64,000 nt of DNA, taken from the NCBI GenBank assembly GCA_951406725.2, contig OX597827.1:68138001-68202000 (forward strand). Reading direction: 5' to 3'. The notes beneath the pieces are model-generated. The model was not told where the DNA came from. It searched no databases and was given only the letters and a program-made list of their open reading frames with translations. Made by a program: the position numbers and the translations under genes. How positions within the stretch are numbered: the first letter of the stretch is position 1; every line of letters begins with the position of its first letter. Shown piece after piece: positions 26,575 through 40,916 of the stretch. The stretch comes from Octopus vulgaris (lineage: Eukaryota).

Positions 26575-27065
26575 TATTTTCACTTTGTGTCTTCTTTCTT
26601 TCTCTTTCTGACTCTACCAACCGACCAACAAATCTACCTACCAACCAACCTACCAACCTACCAACCTACCAACCAACCAACCAACCAACCGACACACCAA
26701 TCGGCCGACCGACCGACCGACCGACCGGCCGACCGACTGTCCGACGATCTTTTTTTTTTCCTACTCAAACCGACCGACGCCGTCCGTCCGTCGTGCGTAC
26801 CGTACGTACCTCTCTCGATGCCAACTTGCTTTCGACTGAACAACACAACACAACACAAACCGATTGGATGGATGTATTGTTATCCCGCTATATATATATA
26901 TACACAAACCGGTCAACTGATCTTCCGTCGTCGCACCGTTGCTCCGAACTAAAAAAAAAACGAACGATCGCACACCACTTATGTTCTACCACTACAACTA
27001 CCACCACTACTACTACTACTACTGCTACTGCTACTACTACTACTACTACTACTGCTGCTGCACAG
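26575..27065 (+). promoter_or_regulatory. AG-exclusion zone (489 nt) with a putative distant branch point and polypyrimidine tract
   Basis: No AG dinucleotide from 26575 to 27063; TTTCAC plus pyrimidine tract at about 26578-26615; first AG is CAG 27063-27065. Confidence 0.6.
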
Positions 27066-27073
27066 TATCTAGA

Positions 27074-27256
27074 ATGGGACTTGCGAAACTTTTCCTTATC
27101 TACTCCAGCTTGTGTACTGTATGTCTTCTGCCGTTTCACCACGATGAAAGGCTATTTGTAAGGGCTGAAAGCTTCATCGTCAATAAAAACCAGGATAAGG
27201 ACGGGGACAGAAGCAAGCGGACAGCGGCAGTGATTCGAAACACTTCTCAGGCGAAT
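27074..27256 (+). CDS. N-terminal coding exon of a probable secreted or membrane protein: MGLAKLFLIYSSLCTVCLLPFHHDERLFVRAESFIVNKNQDKDGDRSKRTAAVIRNTSQAN
   Basis: Hydrophobic signal-like N-terminus, VRA|ES cleavage-like site, RSKR furin-type motif, NTS sequon, phase-0 GTAAGT donor at 27257; complex sequence amid simple repeats; family not identified. Confidence 0.65.
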
Positions 27257-27289
27257 GTAAGTACACCGTTTCATTGGACTCTCTCTCAT

Positions 27290-28021
27290 TCACTCTCTCT
27301 TAGCTGTCTGTCTTTTCTCCGTCTTCTTCTTCTTCTTCCCTCTCTTATTTCTTTCAATCTTTCTCTCTTCCTTCCATCCTTCCATCCTTCCATACTCGCT
27401 CTCTGGAATTTTTTGGTACTTTACATTTAATATGTAAATTTTGTTTGTATTTATTATTCTGTTTTTTTTTGGGGTTTTTTTTTACTTTTTGTCTTTTATT
27501 GTTGCGTATTTATTTTATCTACATGCATTAATTCCTGTCTTCTCTCATTCTCTCTCCGTCCATCCCTCCCTCCTCCTCTCATTCTCTCTCTCCCCCTTTC
27601 TCTCTCTCTCTCTCTATCTCTTTCACATACGCGAACATTCTTTCCTCACTCTTAACTATTTACATCTCTTTTTTTCTTTCGTTCTCTCTCTTTCTCTTAC
27701 CGCTTCTGTCCATCCATTTATCATCTGCCTGTCTATCATCTGTCTGCTTCTCTATCTATCATTTATCTGCCTATCTATCTATCTATCTATCCATCTATCT
27801 ATCTATCTATCTATCTATATCTATCTATCTATATATCTATCTGTCTGTCTATCTAGCCATGTTACTATTTATCTATATCTATATATCTTTATCTATTTAT
27901 CTATCTATCTATATATAGCTATCGATATCTACCTATCTACCTATCCATTTATCTTACTACCTACCAACCTATCTATCTATCTACTTATCTATCTATCTAT
28001 CTATCTTTCTATCTAGCCATG

Positions 28022-28058
<37 letters not shown>

Positions 28059-28069
28059 ATCTAGCCATG

Positions 28070-28146
<77 letters not shown>

Positions 28147-28209
28147 ATCTAGCCATGTATCTATCTATCTTTCTATCTAGCCATGTATCTATCTATCTAT
28201 CTAACCATG

Positions 28210-28243
<34 letters not shown>

Positions 28244-28599
28244 CTCTCAATATTTCACTAATATTTTCTTTCGCTATCTTTTCTCTGTTCTTCTTGTCTG
28301 CTCATCTCTTTTTCACTGTCTTACTCTTCTTCTAAACACGCAAACACACAAACACTCTTTCGTCTTCTCTCTCAGTTTCTTCACTTAACTCTTCCCACAT
28401 CATAGTTTCGATATATCACCATATACACACACACACACACTTCTCTCTCCTTTCTCTTTCTCACCCAATCTCTCTCCACTTTCCGCTGTTTACTTTCACT
28501 TCCTCTCAGTTCTCTTCTTCCCCTTCCCAGCCCCCTCTGTCTCTCTCTCTCTGTCTCTCTCTGTCTCTCTCTGTCTCTCTCTCTCTTTCTCTCTCTCTG

Positions 28600-28632
<33 letters not shown>

Positions 28633-28633
28633 G

Positions 28634-28690
<57 letters not shown>

Positions 28691-28999
28691 TTAACTGTCT
28701 CTCCCTATTACTATCTGCCATTATGTTCAGCCCCTCTCACTCACTCTCTCTTTCTTTTCACATATATCTCTACTGTTGTCTGTCTGTCTCTCTCTTCTCT
28801 TTACTACTCTGTCTGTCTCTCTCCTTGTTCACTCCCCCCCCACTATTCTGCACTATCTTTCCTCCGCTTTTCATTATCATTTCATTACTATCTCTCTCAC
28901 TTTCTCTCATTTTGCCACCCCATTCAATAACTAACGAACTGTCTCTCTTTGTATTTCTCCATGTATGTGTCTCTCCTTTTGTATTTCTCTCTATATATA

Positions 29000-29080
<81 letters not shown>

Positions 29081-29170
29081 CTGTCTCTTTCTTCCCCCTA
29101 CCCTCTCTCTTTCATTCTCTGTCTCACACATCTTTTTTTCCCTTCTATTTTGTTATTTTACTTCAAACGC
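27290..29170. repeat. G-poor pyrimidine-rich tract of (CT)n, (CTAT)n and CTAGCCATG(TATC)n
   Basis: Direct inspection. Confidence 0.9.
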
Positions 29171-29196
29171 TTTCAACTATTCATATGTATTTAATG

Positions 29197-29266
<70 letters not shown>

Positions 29267-30035
29267 GTTTGTGTGTGTGTGTGTTCGTTAGTTTCTGTCC
29301 GGATGCGTGTTTGCTATATATATATATGTATGTGTGTGTGTGTGTGTGTGTTTGTATGCAACTATGGTGTGTGCTTTAATGATGATATAAAACAATTGTA
29401 GACAGTAATGTGTGTGTGTGTGAGAGAGAGAGACTAGCGGCAGTTTTATTGAAAAAGTCAACGACGATGGTGGTTGTAGTAATCATGGAAGAGTTAGTGT
29501 TGTTTATTCATGGCGATGATGATGATGATGATGACGATAATATATGTGCACTGTTGATTATAGATGTGTTTGTTATTGTTGTTGCCTAACTCTATCCAGG
29601 TCGGCTGCCCTATACGGATGGAGCAGACGAGACAGACTTAGGATAAAAATATTTCACCTCACTCCAGCCGTTGGCTATATATATATAGAGAGAGATATAT
29701 AGATAGATAGATTCTTTTATTTTGTTTTTTTCACTTGATTGCGGCCATGCTGGGGCACCGCATTGAAGAATTTCAGTTGAATAAATCGACCCCCAGGGCT
29801 TATTTTCTAAAGCCTGGTAACTTATTCTACCGTTAAGTTACAGGGACGTAAACACACACACACACACGTATATATACGTGACAGGCTTCTTTCAGTTTCC
29901 GTCTACCAAATCCACTCACAAGGCTTTGGTTGACCCGAGGCTACAATAGAAAAGTGTCACTCGGTGGGACTGAACCCTGGACCATGTGGTTGAGAACCAT
30001 GCTTCTTATCACAGCACCACCTCTGCGCCTGAATA

Positions 30036-30105
<70 letters not shown>

Positions 30106-30789
30106 GGATTATATTGGCAAAAGTGTTCCTTATTTTCTTTAAAGCAGTAGAATGTAATTTGAAGGGTGTTTGACTGCTGTTTCTAGCAGGATGGCTGACT
30201 GTGTAACGGCTCCAGCTGTATATGATGACGACGGCAACGACGACAATAATGATGATATGTAGTTTTATATCCTTATAAATAGTATTTTAATGTACGTTAC
30301 TGATTGCACCGGCTACTGTTTAGAGTCTGTGCGTGTTGTGAGCTAATCTGGTTTTCTGCGTAAAAATGGTGGCAGAGATGGTGGAGGTGTTGTTGTCTCG
30401 TCCCAGGGCAGCTCTGGGCGAGCAGACTTATGGTATTTATGATCAAAGCCGTTCCAGCCGACTCTAGTCCTTCTCCTTTAAGGGTTTGGCAGAATTAAAC
30501 CAAATTAGATTTGTCCATTGCACTCTCCGATTAACGAACATCGCAAGGTGTGTGGTTTTGAGTGTTCTTTGGCTGTTATTTCTAGCACAAAGAGCGACCA
30601 CGTTGAAGGTCCCTCATAAGGATTGGGGTAAAGGTGGTGCAGTAAGGTGGTTTATTATGTTAGTAGTGTGTGTGTATGTGTGTAATTTGTATAAATGCGA
30701 CGGGTGGATGACGATGGTAGTGGTGAAAGTTTGTAGTAGTGGTAGTAGTAGTAGTAGTAGTAGTGGTAGTGGTAGTAGTAGCACTAGTA

Positions 30790-30832
<43 letters not shown>

Positions 30833-30839
30833 TAGTTAT

Positions 30840-31549
30840 GATTTTAAATTTTGCCACAAGGGCAGCCATTTTTCGGGGAGGGTTACATCGACCCCACTGT
30901 TTTAATGCTACTGAATTTTTATTGACCCCGAAAGGATGAAAGGCAAAGTCGACCTCGGCGGAATTTGAACTAAGAACATAGCGACGGGCGAAATATCTAT
31001 TTCTTTATTGTACACAAGGGGCTAAAACATAAAGGGGACAAACAAGTACAGACAAACGGATTGATTAAGTCGATTACATCGACCCCAGTGCGTAACTGGT
31101 ACTTAATTCATCGACCCCCGAAAGGATGAAAGGTAAAGTCGACCTCGGCGGAATTTGAACTCAGAACGCAGCGGCAGACGAAATACCACAAAGCATTTCG
31201 CCCGGCGTGCTAACGATTCTGCCAACTCGCCGCGTTTAATGCCCCTCCTTTCCACTATAGGCACAAGGCTTGAAATTTTGGGAGTAGGGAGTAAGTCAAT
31301 TATCTCGACACCACTATTCAACAGGCGCTTATTTTATCGACCCCGTAAGGATGAAAGGCAAAGTGGACTTCGGTGGAATTTGAACTCGGAACGCAAAGAC
31401 GGACGAAATGCTGCAAAGCACTTCGTCCGGCGTGTTAACGATTCTACCAGCTTGCCAACCGAACAACAACAATAATAATGGTTTCAAATTTAGGCACGAT
31501 GCCAGCAATTTTAGGAGTAGGGGTTAGTAGACCACCCTGCCACCCAGTA

Positions 31550-31588
<39 letters not shown>

Positions 31589-31960
31589 TTGGGGGTGGGA
31601 GGGGGTGAATCATTACATCGATCTCTGTGTTGAAGTGGTACTTATTTTATCGACCCCAAAAGGATGAAAGGTAAAGTCGACCTCGGCGGAATCTGAACTC
31701 AGAACGCAGCGACGTGCGAAATACCTATTTCTTTACCTACCCACAAGGGGCTAAACACAGAGGGGACAAACAAGCGTAGACAAACGGATTAAGTCAATTA
31801 CATCGACCCCAGTGCGTAACTGGTACTTAATTTATCGACCCCGAAAGGATAAAAGGCAAAGTCGACCTCGGCGGAATTTGAACTCGGAACGTAACGGCAG
31901 ACGAAATACCGCTAAGCATTTCGCCCGGCGTGCTAACCGTTCTGCCAGCTCGCCGCCTTG
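30840..31960 (-). mobile_element. Cluster of Meta-domain-like SINEs: two dimers and one monomer
   Basis: Repeated gaaaggatgaaaggcaaagtcgacctcggcgg cores; gaaata(c/t)ctatttc junctions near 30990 and 31720. Confidence 0.85.
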
Positions 31961-33026
31961 ATGATGATTATGATGATGATGATAGCTTTTATAATAGTCT
32001 TCAAGGCCTGAAAATTTAGGGGCAGATATTTGTTGAGGTTATCGACCCTAACACCAGAGTAGTACTTTAGTTTATCCATCCCAGATAGATGATAGGGAAA
32101 CTTAATCGCAGCGAGATTTGAACCCTGAATGAAAAAAAAATTGAAAAGATATATAGGCGTTTTATCCGACACTCTAACACCAACATCGGCACCTATTTTT
32201 CGAGGAACGGGTCTCATGGGACACAGTTCATCTTCAGACAAACCACTATATTAAAAAAAAAAAAAATCAAGGTAATTTTTCGTTCGCGTGCCATTCCGAA
32301 AGTCCCGCGTGCCGCAGTCAGCCCATGGTTGCTCTCAACGATTCTAGCAGTCTATCGCCCTTCAATAAGGGTCTCTGATAAAAAAAAAACCCACAAGGCC
32401 TGGAAAGTTGGGGGCGGAGAGGCAATGGTTAGCCGATTCAAGTGGTCCCACTATTTCACTGGTGCATCATATGTCGACTCCGAAGGAATGCAAAGCAAAT
32501 ATGAACTTGATTAAATTTGGACTAAGAGCATAGAGTCGGACCAAAAGCCGCAAATAATTTTTTGTCCGACGCACTAACGAGTTTTCCAATAAGCAAGTGC
32601 CGGTGATCAGAGACGGCATTGATTCTTTTATCCTTTCTGCTTTTCTTCCTTCCTTCCTTCCTTTCTCGTTTTCGCTTTTTATTTATTTTTTTATATTATT
32701 ATTACGTGAATGGTTTAATTAACAACGGTTAGATCCATAACAGCTAAAGAACATATATGTATATTTATTCTCAGTCCGTCTGGCTTGTTCCCCCTCTGTC
32801 CCTCTCTCATATATATATGTATATATATATACATATATATATACATATATATATATACACACGTGTGTGTGTGAGTGTATGTATATATATATATCCTACA
32901 CACGTCTTTCGTTCGTGCTTACACTCACAGATAGGCATAGACACACATGCACACAAATTCTCTGCCAAACACATGCCAAAAACCTGAACTTCCAATCTCC
33001 CTGCCTCCTCTCTCTTACTCATTCTC

Positions 33027-33060
<34 letters not shown>

Positions 33061-33276
33061 ACACTCGCGCGCACACACACACATGCATACATACATACAT
33101 ACATACATACATACATACACACATACATACATACATACATACATACATACATACATACATACATACATACATACATACATACATACATACATACATACAT
33201 AGGTGTGTATGCATGAACATCATGAACACCCGTCTCTACTTTTTCTCTCAGATTTACACAATTTAATCCATAATGG

Positions 33277-33308
<32 letters not shown>

Positions 33309-33524
33309 CATGCATACACGCATATATATAGACCGGCACACGCGCACATGTGTATAGATATACACACACAAACATAGGTATACTTACATACACATACCAA
33401 CACTGACTAGACCTGTATCTCTTCCTCTTTCTCTCGTATATACACAGAACTTAATCCATAAACACACACACACACACATACACACCAACGCTATGAATCC
33501 CCATCTCTCTACACCCTCGCTCTC

Positions 33525-33692
33525 ATATATATATATATATATGTGTGTGTGTGTATGTATGTGTATATATATATATATATATATACAGGTCTAGTCAGTG
33601 TAGGTATGTGTATGTAAGTATATATATGTGTGTGTATGTATATATATATATATGTGTGTATGTATATATATATATATGTGTGTGTGTGTATG

Positions 33693-33725
<33 letters not shown>

Positions 33726-33738
33726 GTGTGTGTGTGTG

Positions 33739-33777
<39 letters not shown>

Positions 33778-33984
33778 ATGTATATATATATATGTGTGTA
33801 TGTATATATATATATGTGTGTGTATGTATATATATATATGTGTGTGTATGTATATATATATATATGTGTGTATGTATATATATATATGTGTGTGTATGTA
33901 TATATATATATATGTGTGTATGTATATATATATATATATGTATGTATATATATATTTATGTGTATGTATATATAGGTATGTATG

Positions 33985-34033
<49 letters not shown>

Positions 34034-34090
34034 GTATGTATATATACCTATATACACATACATATGTATGTGTATATATTTATACACGTA
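33525..34090. repeat. Compound (TG)n-TATG-(TA)n microsatellite array
   Basis: Direct inspection. Confidence 0.9.
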
Positions 34091-34475
34091 GTTTAATCCA
34101 TAGTGGTCATGCAGGTAGTATTAACGGCTTCGGTCGAACTGCTAGTTGGCTGGAAGTTGGAATTAAGTAGCAAGCCGGCTAAACTACAGCTGATGGTGTT
34201 AATGTTGAGACTACTGGTGTTGTCGTTGTTGCTGTTGTTGCTGTTGCTGTTGTTGTTGTTGTTGTTGCTGCTGCTGCTGTTGTTAGTGTCAGTGCTGTTG
34301 GTGGTGGTTGTGGTGGTGGTGGTTGTGTTATGATGTTTCTGTTGCTAGTGCGGTTAAATGTTAGTTTGTAGGTTGTTCTTGATGGTGATGGTGGTAGTGC
34401 TGCTACTACAACTAGTAACTAAGTTAAATAGCGTCAGTCCTTTTCCACCATTATATTTATATGTGTGTGTGTATG

Positions 34476-34525
<50 letters not shown>

Positions 34526-34675
34526 GGTATGCTCATACGTACACCACATATGTATACATATAACAAAATTCGAAAATTCTGGTACCGTGCATCACTCCTA
34601 AGCATAACACGAAAGATATATATATATATACACACACACACACATGAGCATTATACATTTCGTTTTTCGTCCTGT

Positions 34676-34734
<59 letters not shown>

Positions 34735-34738
34735 ATAT

Positions 34739-34790
<52 letters not shown>

Positions 34791-35204
34791 GCTGGTTTTT
34801 AATATCGGTGGGTCGTTTCTATATAACTTGTACGTAATCAGAAAGAGAGAAATGGTGGTGGTGGTGGTGGTGGAGAGAATGCCGCTGTTCAGGCCGGCGA
34901 TATATCTAATGAAAAGAGGAAAACGAAAATACTAATAATAATGATGATGATGATAATGTTGATGATGACGATCATAGTGACTCTGATGATGATGATGACA
35001 ACGTAACTGTCTGGAACCTGAGTAAAAGAAAATATTATTAAAGATTATAATGGCGAATAACATCGGCTTGTGCACGCTTGTATTGTGTGGGTGGAAGAGA
35101 GAGAGGTTTGTTTGTGGTTGACGTTCTTCTTCGGATACTTAAACCAGATTTTGTTATTCAACTGCGCCAAGCAATGTCGTCGTCATTAACCTCGAGTCCT
35201 TGAC

Positions 35205-35330
35205 CAGTGATTCTCAACCGGGGTCTACATAACCTTCGTGGGTCATGTGGACCCTTGGAGGGCGGGGAAGGGGTCCATATAAGATTTTGTTGTTAAAGTT
35301 TATGCGTAATAAATTCGTTATACTTCAACA
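35205..35330 (+). mobile_element. hAT-like MITE end
   Basis: cagtgattctcaaccggggtc resembles Charlie-type termini (CAGTGGTTCTCAA). Confidence 0.45.
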
Positions 35331-35567
35331 ATACACCGGTGCCCCAGCATGGCCACAGCTCGTGAGCTGAAACTAGATTAAAAAAATACACAAAGAATTT
35401 TTTTTCTTTTTGATGTTAAAAGGCCCTGAGGGCAGGGGTTGTCACAAATTAATTGGTCAAAAATTAATTGCAATAATTGCAATAAATTAATTTACTGATA
35501 AGCTCTTTTCAATTGCAATAATTTAATGCGAAGATCACAATTTATAGCAAGCGTGCGTGGACTGACC

Positions 35568-35770
35568 AATTCCTTACGCTGAGGCTGAGGGTTCACTCGA
35601 ATTCCCTCAGGTTGAGGGTCCACTCGAATTCTCTCAGGCTGAGGGTCCACTCAAATTCCCTCAGGTTGAGGGTCCACTCGAATTCCCTCAGGCTGAGGCT
35701 GAGGGTCCACTCAGATTCCCTCAGGTTGAGGGTCCACTCGAATTCCCCCAGGCTGAGGGTTCACTCGAAT
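35568..35770. repeat. 27-bp minisatellite (aattccctcaggttgagggtccactcg), about 7 copies
   Basis: Gives the RVHSNSLRL repeat in the ORF track; each unit contains the hairpin ccctca-ggt-tgaggg. Confidence 0.9.
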
Positions 35771-36124
35771 AAAACAGAAATCAAAAGGAAAAAGAAATGG
35801 TTGGGAGTCTGACAGAAACTCTATTCATAAACTTGGGACAATTCCTGAAATTATCACACTCACATATGATGGGTTCAAACTATCTGTTACTAGTTTCAGT
35901 GAACAGACTGCGGCCATACTGGGGCACCGCCATGAGGAGTTTATTCGAACTAACTTAACCCACTCCTTTTTCCACCCCCTTTTTCCTTTCATAAACCTGA
36001 TACTTATTCTATCGGCCGCTTTTGCCCAACCACTGTGTTACCTGGACGTAAACAAACCAGCACCGTTCGTCAAGAAGTGCAAGGTGTGTGGGGGGCGGTT
36101 AAACAGAGCAGGTAGTGGTTGTGG

Positions 36125-36300
36125 AGGAGGAGGAGGAGGAGGCGGCGGCGGCATCCGTCGGTCTCGAGGGGCCATGGATCTACGCCTTAAGAAATCGTGT
36201 CAGGCTGCTGCTGATGGTGGCGCAGCGTCCGTTGTGGCCGTAGAGGCCCAAGCGGGAGTGGCAGTCGCGCACACAGCGACTGCATTTGAAGAAGCTCTTC
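36125..36300 (-). mobile_element. 3' end of an RTE (BovB-like) LINE
   Basis: - strand FKCSRCVRDCHSRLGLYGHNGRC (C-terminal Cys/His motif of RTE ORFs), short UTR ...gagaccgacggatgcc and a triplet-repeat tail. Confidence 0.8.
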
Positions 36301-36539
36301 TGACAGCCAATCATACATTGTTATTTACAATGTGAAGATTATAGCATAGCATTTGATGCACATGGCTTGGATTGGCAGGGTGTTCATTTAACAATCGAGC
36401 GAAGCATAATTAACCGGTCTTTAGTTAATCAAAAGGCGTAACCTTTCTTTACACTGCTGTTCAAATACACCCTTGCTAGCCGGGTTCCTGCACGGAGCAC
36501 TGCCAACCTATCCTCTCAATTAAAAAATATACAGATATA

Positions 36540-36706
36540 GGCGTAGGAGTGGCTGTGTGGTAAGTAGCTTGCTTACCAACCACATGGTTCCGGTTTCAGT
36601 CCCACTGCGTGGCATCTTGGGCAAGTATCTTTTTCTATAGCCTCGGACCGACCAAAGCCTTGAGAGTGGATATGGTAGACGGAAACTGAAAGAAAGAAGC
36701 CCGTCG

Positions 36707-36755
<49 letters not shown>

Positions 36756-36955
36756 CTGTCCCACCCCCCAACATCGCTTGACAACAGATGCTGTTGTGTT
36801 TACGTCCCCGTAACTTAGCGGTTCGGCAAAAGAGACCGATAGAATAAGTACAAGGCTTAGAAAGAATAAGTCTTGGGGTCGATTTGCTCGACTGAAGGCA
36901 GTGCTCCAGCATGGCCACAGTCACTTAACTGAAGCAAGTAAAAGAATAAAAGAGT
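36540..36955 (+). mobile_element. Full-length OK-like SINE
   Basis: Head gtggctgtgtggtaag...ggtttcagtccc, cttgggcaagt CORE-like motif, internal (TA)(TG), aaaagagt tail. Confidence 0.9.
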
Positions 36956-37270
36956 AGATGTGTAGTGGCTTCATGCAGGCATGGCGTGGATTCGATCCTC
37001 AATCGCCAAGAAGGCATCTGGTAAATGTAACTGCTGTCACTCAGAAAAACTATTGTTTTATAGTGAGAAAAGCGTTGTTAAACTGTTAAGTCAAATTTGG
37101 CGATCGGGGATCGAATCTATTGTATCTGGTAGCCGATATCTGTGGAGAGGCTTTATAAGGCAAGTTCCAAGATTAAGACCGGCGTGGAATTGACATATAT
37201 CGGGCTTCATCCAGTTTCCGTTTACGAAATCCACTCACAAGGTTTTGGTCAACCGAGAGCTATATTTATA

Positions 37271-37656
37271 CTTTTCTACTCTAGGCACAAAGCCCGACAT
37301 TTTAGATCGACCCCCAGTACGAAACTGATACTTAAATTATTTATCAACCCTGAAAGAATGAAAGGCAAAGTCGACCTCGGCGGAATTTGAACTCAGAACG
37401 TAACGGCAGACGAAATACCTATTTCTATTTCTTTATTACTCACAAGGGGCTAAACATAGAGGGGACAAACAAGGACAGACATAAGTATTAAGTCGATTAC
37501 ATCGACCCCAGTGCGTAACTGGTACTTAATTTATCGACCTCGAAAGATTGAAAGGGCAAACTCGACCTCGGCGGAATTTGAACTCAGAACGTAACGGCAG
37601 ACGAAATACGGCTACGCATTTCGCCCGGCGTGCTTACGTTTCTGCCAGCTTAGCGG
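37271..37656 (-). mobile_element. Dimeric Meta-domain-like SINE inserted into an OK-like SINE
   Basis: 14-bp TSD gagctatatttata at 37257-37270 and 37657-37670. Confidence 0.9.
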
Positions 37657-37868
37657 GAGCTATATTTATAGTAGAAGACATTTGCCCAAGATGCCACACA
37701 GAGGAACTGAACCCGAAACGGTGTGGTTGGAAAGCAAGCTTCTTCTTACAACACGACTACGACTGCGTCTCTGTTTTATACGGAGGGGGAATTCCATTCC
37801 CATAAAGAATGCTTCATAGGAATAACATTAAAACGACTTCAATGTCTGACTGGTCTTTTATTATTGTA

Positions 37869-37902
<34 letters not shown>

Positions 37903-39789
37903 CATCGTTAATTTTTTTACCCCACCCCCCACCCGACAAAAAATTATTTATTTATTCATTTTATCTTGTTTTATCTCTGTTGCTGAATGTTTATTATTGT
38001 TTTTTTTTTTTATTGTAATTATTATTATTTTTATTTTTTTCATTTTGCGTTTTTGTTTTTTACTAATTATAAGCATTTGTCGAATACCAGTGCCACCTAC
38101 TAGCAGCACTGGTGAAATTTATACTACTGCTACCACCACCACCACCACCACTGCTACCGCTACTACTACCGCCACAACTACTATTACTTCCACTACCATT
38201 ATTACTACAAGTACTACAATTATGACCACAACTACTACCACCACCACCCCTACTACTAGCATCACCACCACAAATACCTGCTACTACTACCACCTCTACC
38301 ATTACCACCACTACTACTACTAGTGGTACTGCGAGTTGATAAGTCCATGTAGGGGTCCTGATTGAGCAGATTTTTTACACGATATATAAATGAGAAGTTT
38401 ACTCCAGTCGTGACTCTCACGTCAATTTAAGGGTACTTCACATCGCTGAATGGGTTCCATTCTTTTTACTGTATAGCGGGATGTGTGATTTCCAGAAGAT
38501 TTGGCTGTTATTTTTAGCAGGTCAGGCAACTATGTGGAGACTGCCTTATGGAATAGTACTACTAGTAGTAGTAGTAGTAGTAGTGGTGGTAGCTGTAGGG
38601 ATAGAATGGGCGTCCATTTTGCGCTGTCCTTTTGGATTTTAAGTAATTAGCATCGCAGTTGGGATAGTCCTATAATGATGATGGTGGTGGTGATGGTGTT
38701 GGGGATGATGAGAATGATGATAGTGTTGACGATGATGACAATGATGTTTTAGCTAATAATATTGAATAATAATGATTAATGATGCCAGTGATGTTAAATG
38801 CGAGGGAAGAACTGAAATTCCTCGGTGGAATTTGAACTCAGAACGTAAAGACGTACAAAATGCTTCTAAGTATTTTGCACAGCGTGCTAACGCTTCTGCC
38901 AGCTTGCCGCTTCAATAATAGCGATGATAATGATGGTGGTTTCTTTTATCTTCCACCGGGACTTTAGATGAGGTGGGCATCACAAGTGTAGTTTACAATT
39001 TGTGTGGTTGTTTACGTAAAAGATAAGGGGAAAAAAAGGAGAGGAGAGTTAAATGCGCTCAAAATATACATAGTATATAAAATATATTATGCAGCCCTCC
39101 TGATACAGAAGATTCTTCAGCTCGAGCCAATCAAGGAATCGTACACTTCCAGGATCACCCTGACCACTAAGGATACAAACCCCCGCCTAACTGTTGTCAT
39201 CTAATCTACAGGTTCTTAAGTTTTTTTTTTAGTTTCCTTCTCGGTTCATGCCGACTCACAAGGGCCGGTTTTCCGGTTTCTATTGCGTTTATTTTCCTCA
39301 CCTGGATGGGACGCCAGTCCATCGCAGGATAACTCATTTTTGCCAGCTGAGTGGACTGGAGCAACGTGAAATGAAGTGTTTTGCTCAAGAACACAACGCG
39401 TCTCCATGTGGCTGGGGGAGCATACTTCTTACCACGCACCCATGCTTGCGTCTTATAATAAATAGATATAAACTTTTGTTGACACGTCTTCATATCGAAT
39501 GCGGAAATGGAGGTCAATAAAAAATAAAATAAAATAAAATAAAATAAAAATGCCTTCGTAATATATCTGGAGCCGTTTGAAGCAGCGATATGTTTCTCCA
39601 ATAAATTTGTGACGTCTGTCGATGTAAGAAATCACAATGTTTTATAGCTTAACGTCCAATATTCATGTTTACATTAAGTGTTGTCATAGTTGATAATCAA
39701 GATGGCCGCGCTTTGTGATTGATGCATGTCTTAAAACTGTGTCGTCACGAATATCCTCTTCTGTTTTGCGCCTTTCTTCCTCCCTCCAG

Positions 39790-39814
39790 CTCATCATCAT
39801 CATCATCATCATCG

Positions 39815-39864
<50 letters not shown>

Positions 39865-39936
39865 TATTTATTTATTACTATTATTATTATTTATTTATTT
39901 ATTACTATTATTATTATTCTATTATTATTATTATTA

Positions 39937-39975
<39 letters not shown>

Positions 39976-40674
39976 TATTATTATTATCATTATTATTATT
40001 ACTATTATTATTATTATTATTATTACTATTATTATTATTATTATTATTATCATTATTATTATTACTATTATTATTATTATTATTACTATTATTATTACTA
40101 TTATTATTACTATTATTATTATTATTAGTATTATTATTACTATTATGATTATTATTATTATTATTACTGTTATTATTGTTGTTATTATCATCTTCATTCT
40201 CATCATTTCTTGATTTATATTGTTTCATTACCACCGCTTCAGTCTTTTCATTGTTTTTCTCTTTCGTTATCACCATCGTCTTCATTACTTCATTAGAATC
40301 GGGGTTCCCTTTTCGTTCTGCTCCTTTTAATTATCACTGTAATCATCATCATCACCACCATCATCTTCCACCACCGCCGCCGCCGCCGCATATTCTGGTG
40401 CTACACCATTTACTATTAATACTAGCGCCACAACTGCAGCAGCAGCAGCAGTAGCAGTCACGGCAGCTACAACCAATACTACCACAATTTGTGCTACCAC
40501 ACCAATACCACCACAGTTGCCTTTATTTGCCAGTATGCTATCACCATCACTTCTACTAGGACCTTACCATCGACCACTTTACCACCACCAACACCAACCT
40601 TTACTACAACAACAACTACTACTACTACAACTACTACTACTACAACTACTACTGCTGCTGCTGTTGCTGCTACG

Positions 40675-40705
<31 letters not shown>

Positions 40706-40885
40706 TTACTGCTAGTACTACTACTACTGCTACTACTACTATTACTGCTAGTACTGCTACTACTGCTACTACTACTATTACTGCTAGTACTATTATTACT
40801 GCTACTACTACTACTGCTGCTACTACTACTGCTGCTACTACTACTGCTGCTACTACTACTACTACTACTATTACTACTGCTACTA

Positions 40886-40916
<31 letters not shown>

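Noticed and set aside
29585-29645. Acceptor-like cctaactctatccAG as the next exon of the gene
   Set aside because: The phase-0 frame stops after 13 codons and the sequence resembles a dispersed old repeat (also near 30400)
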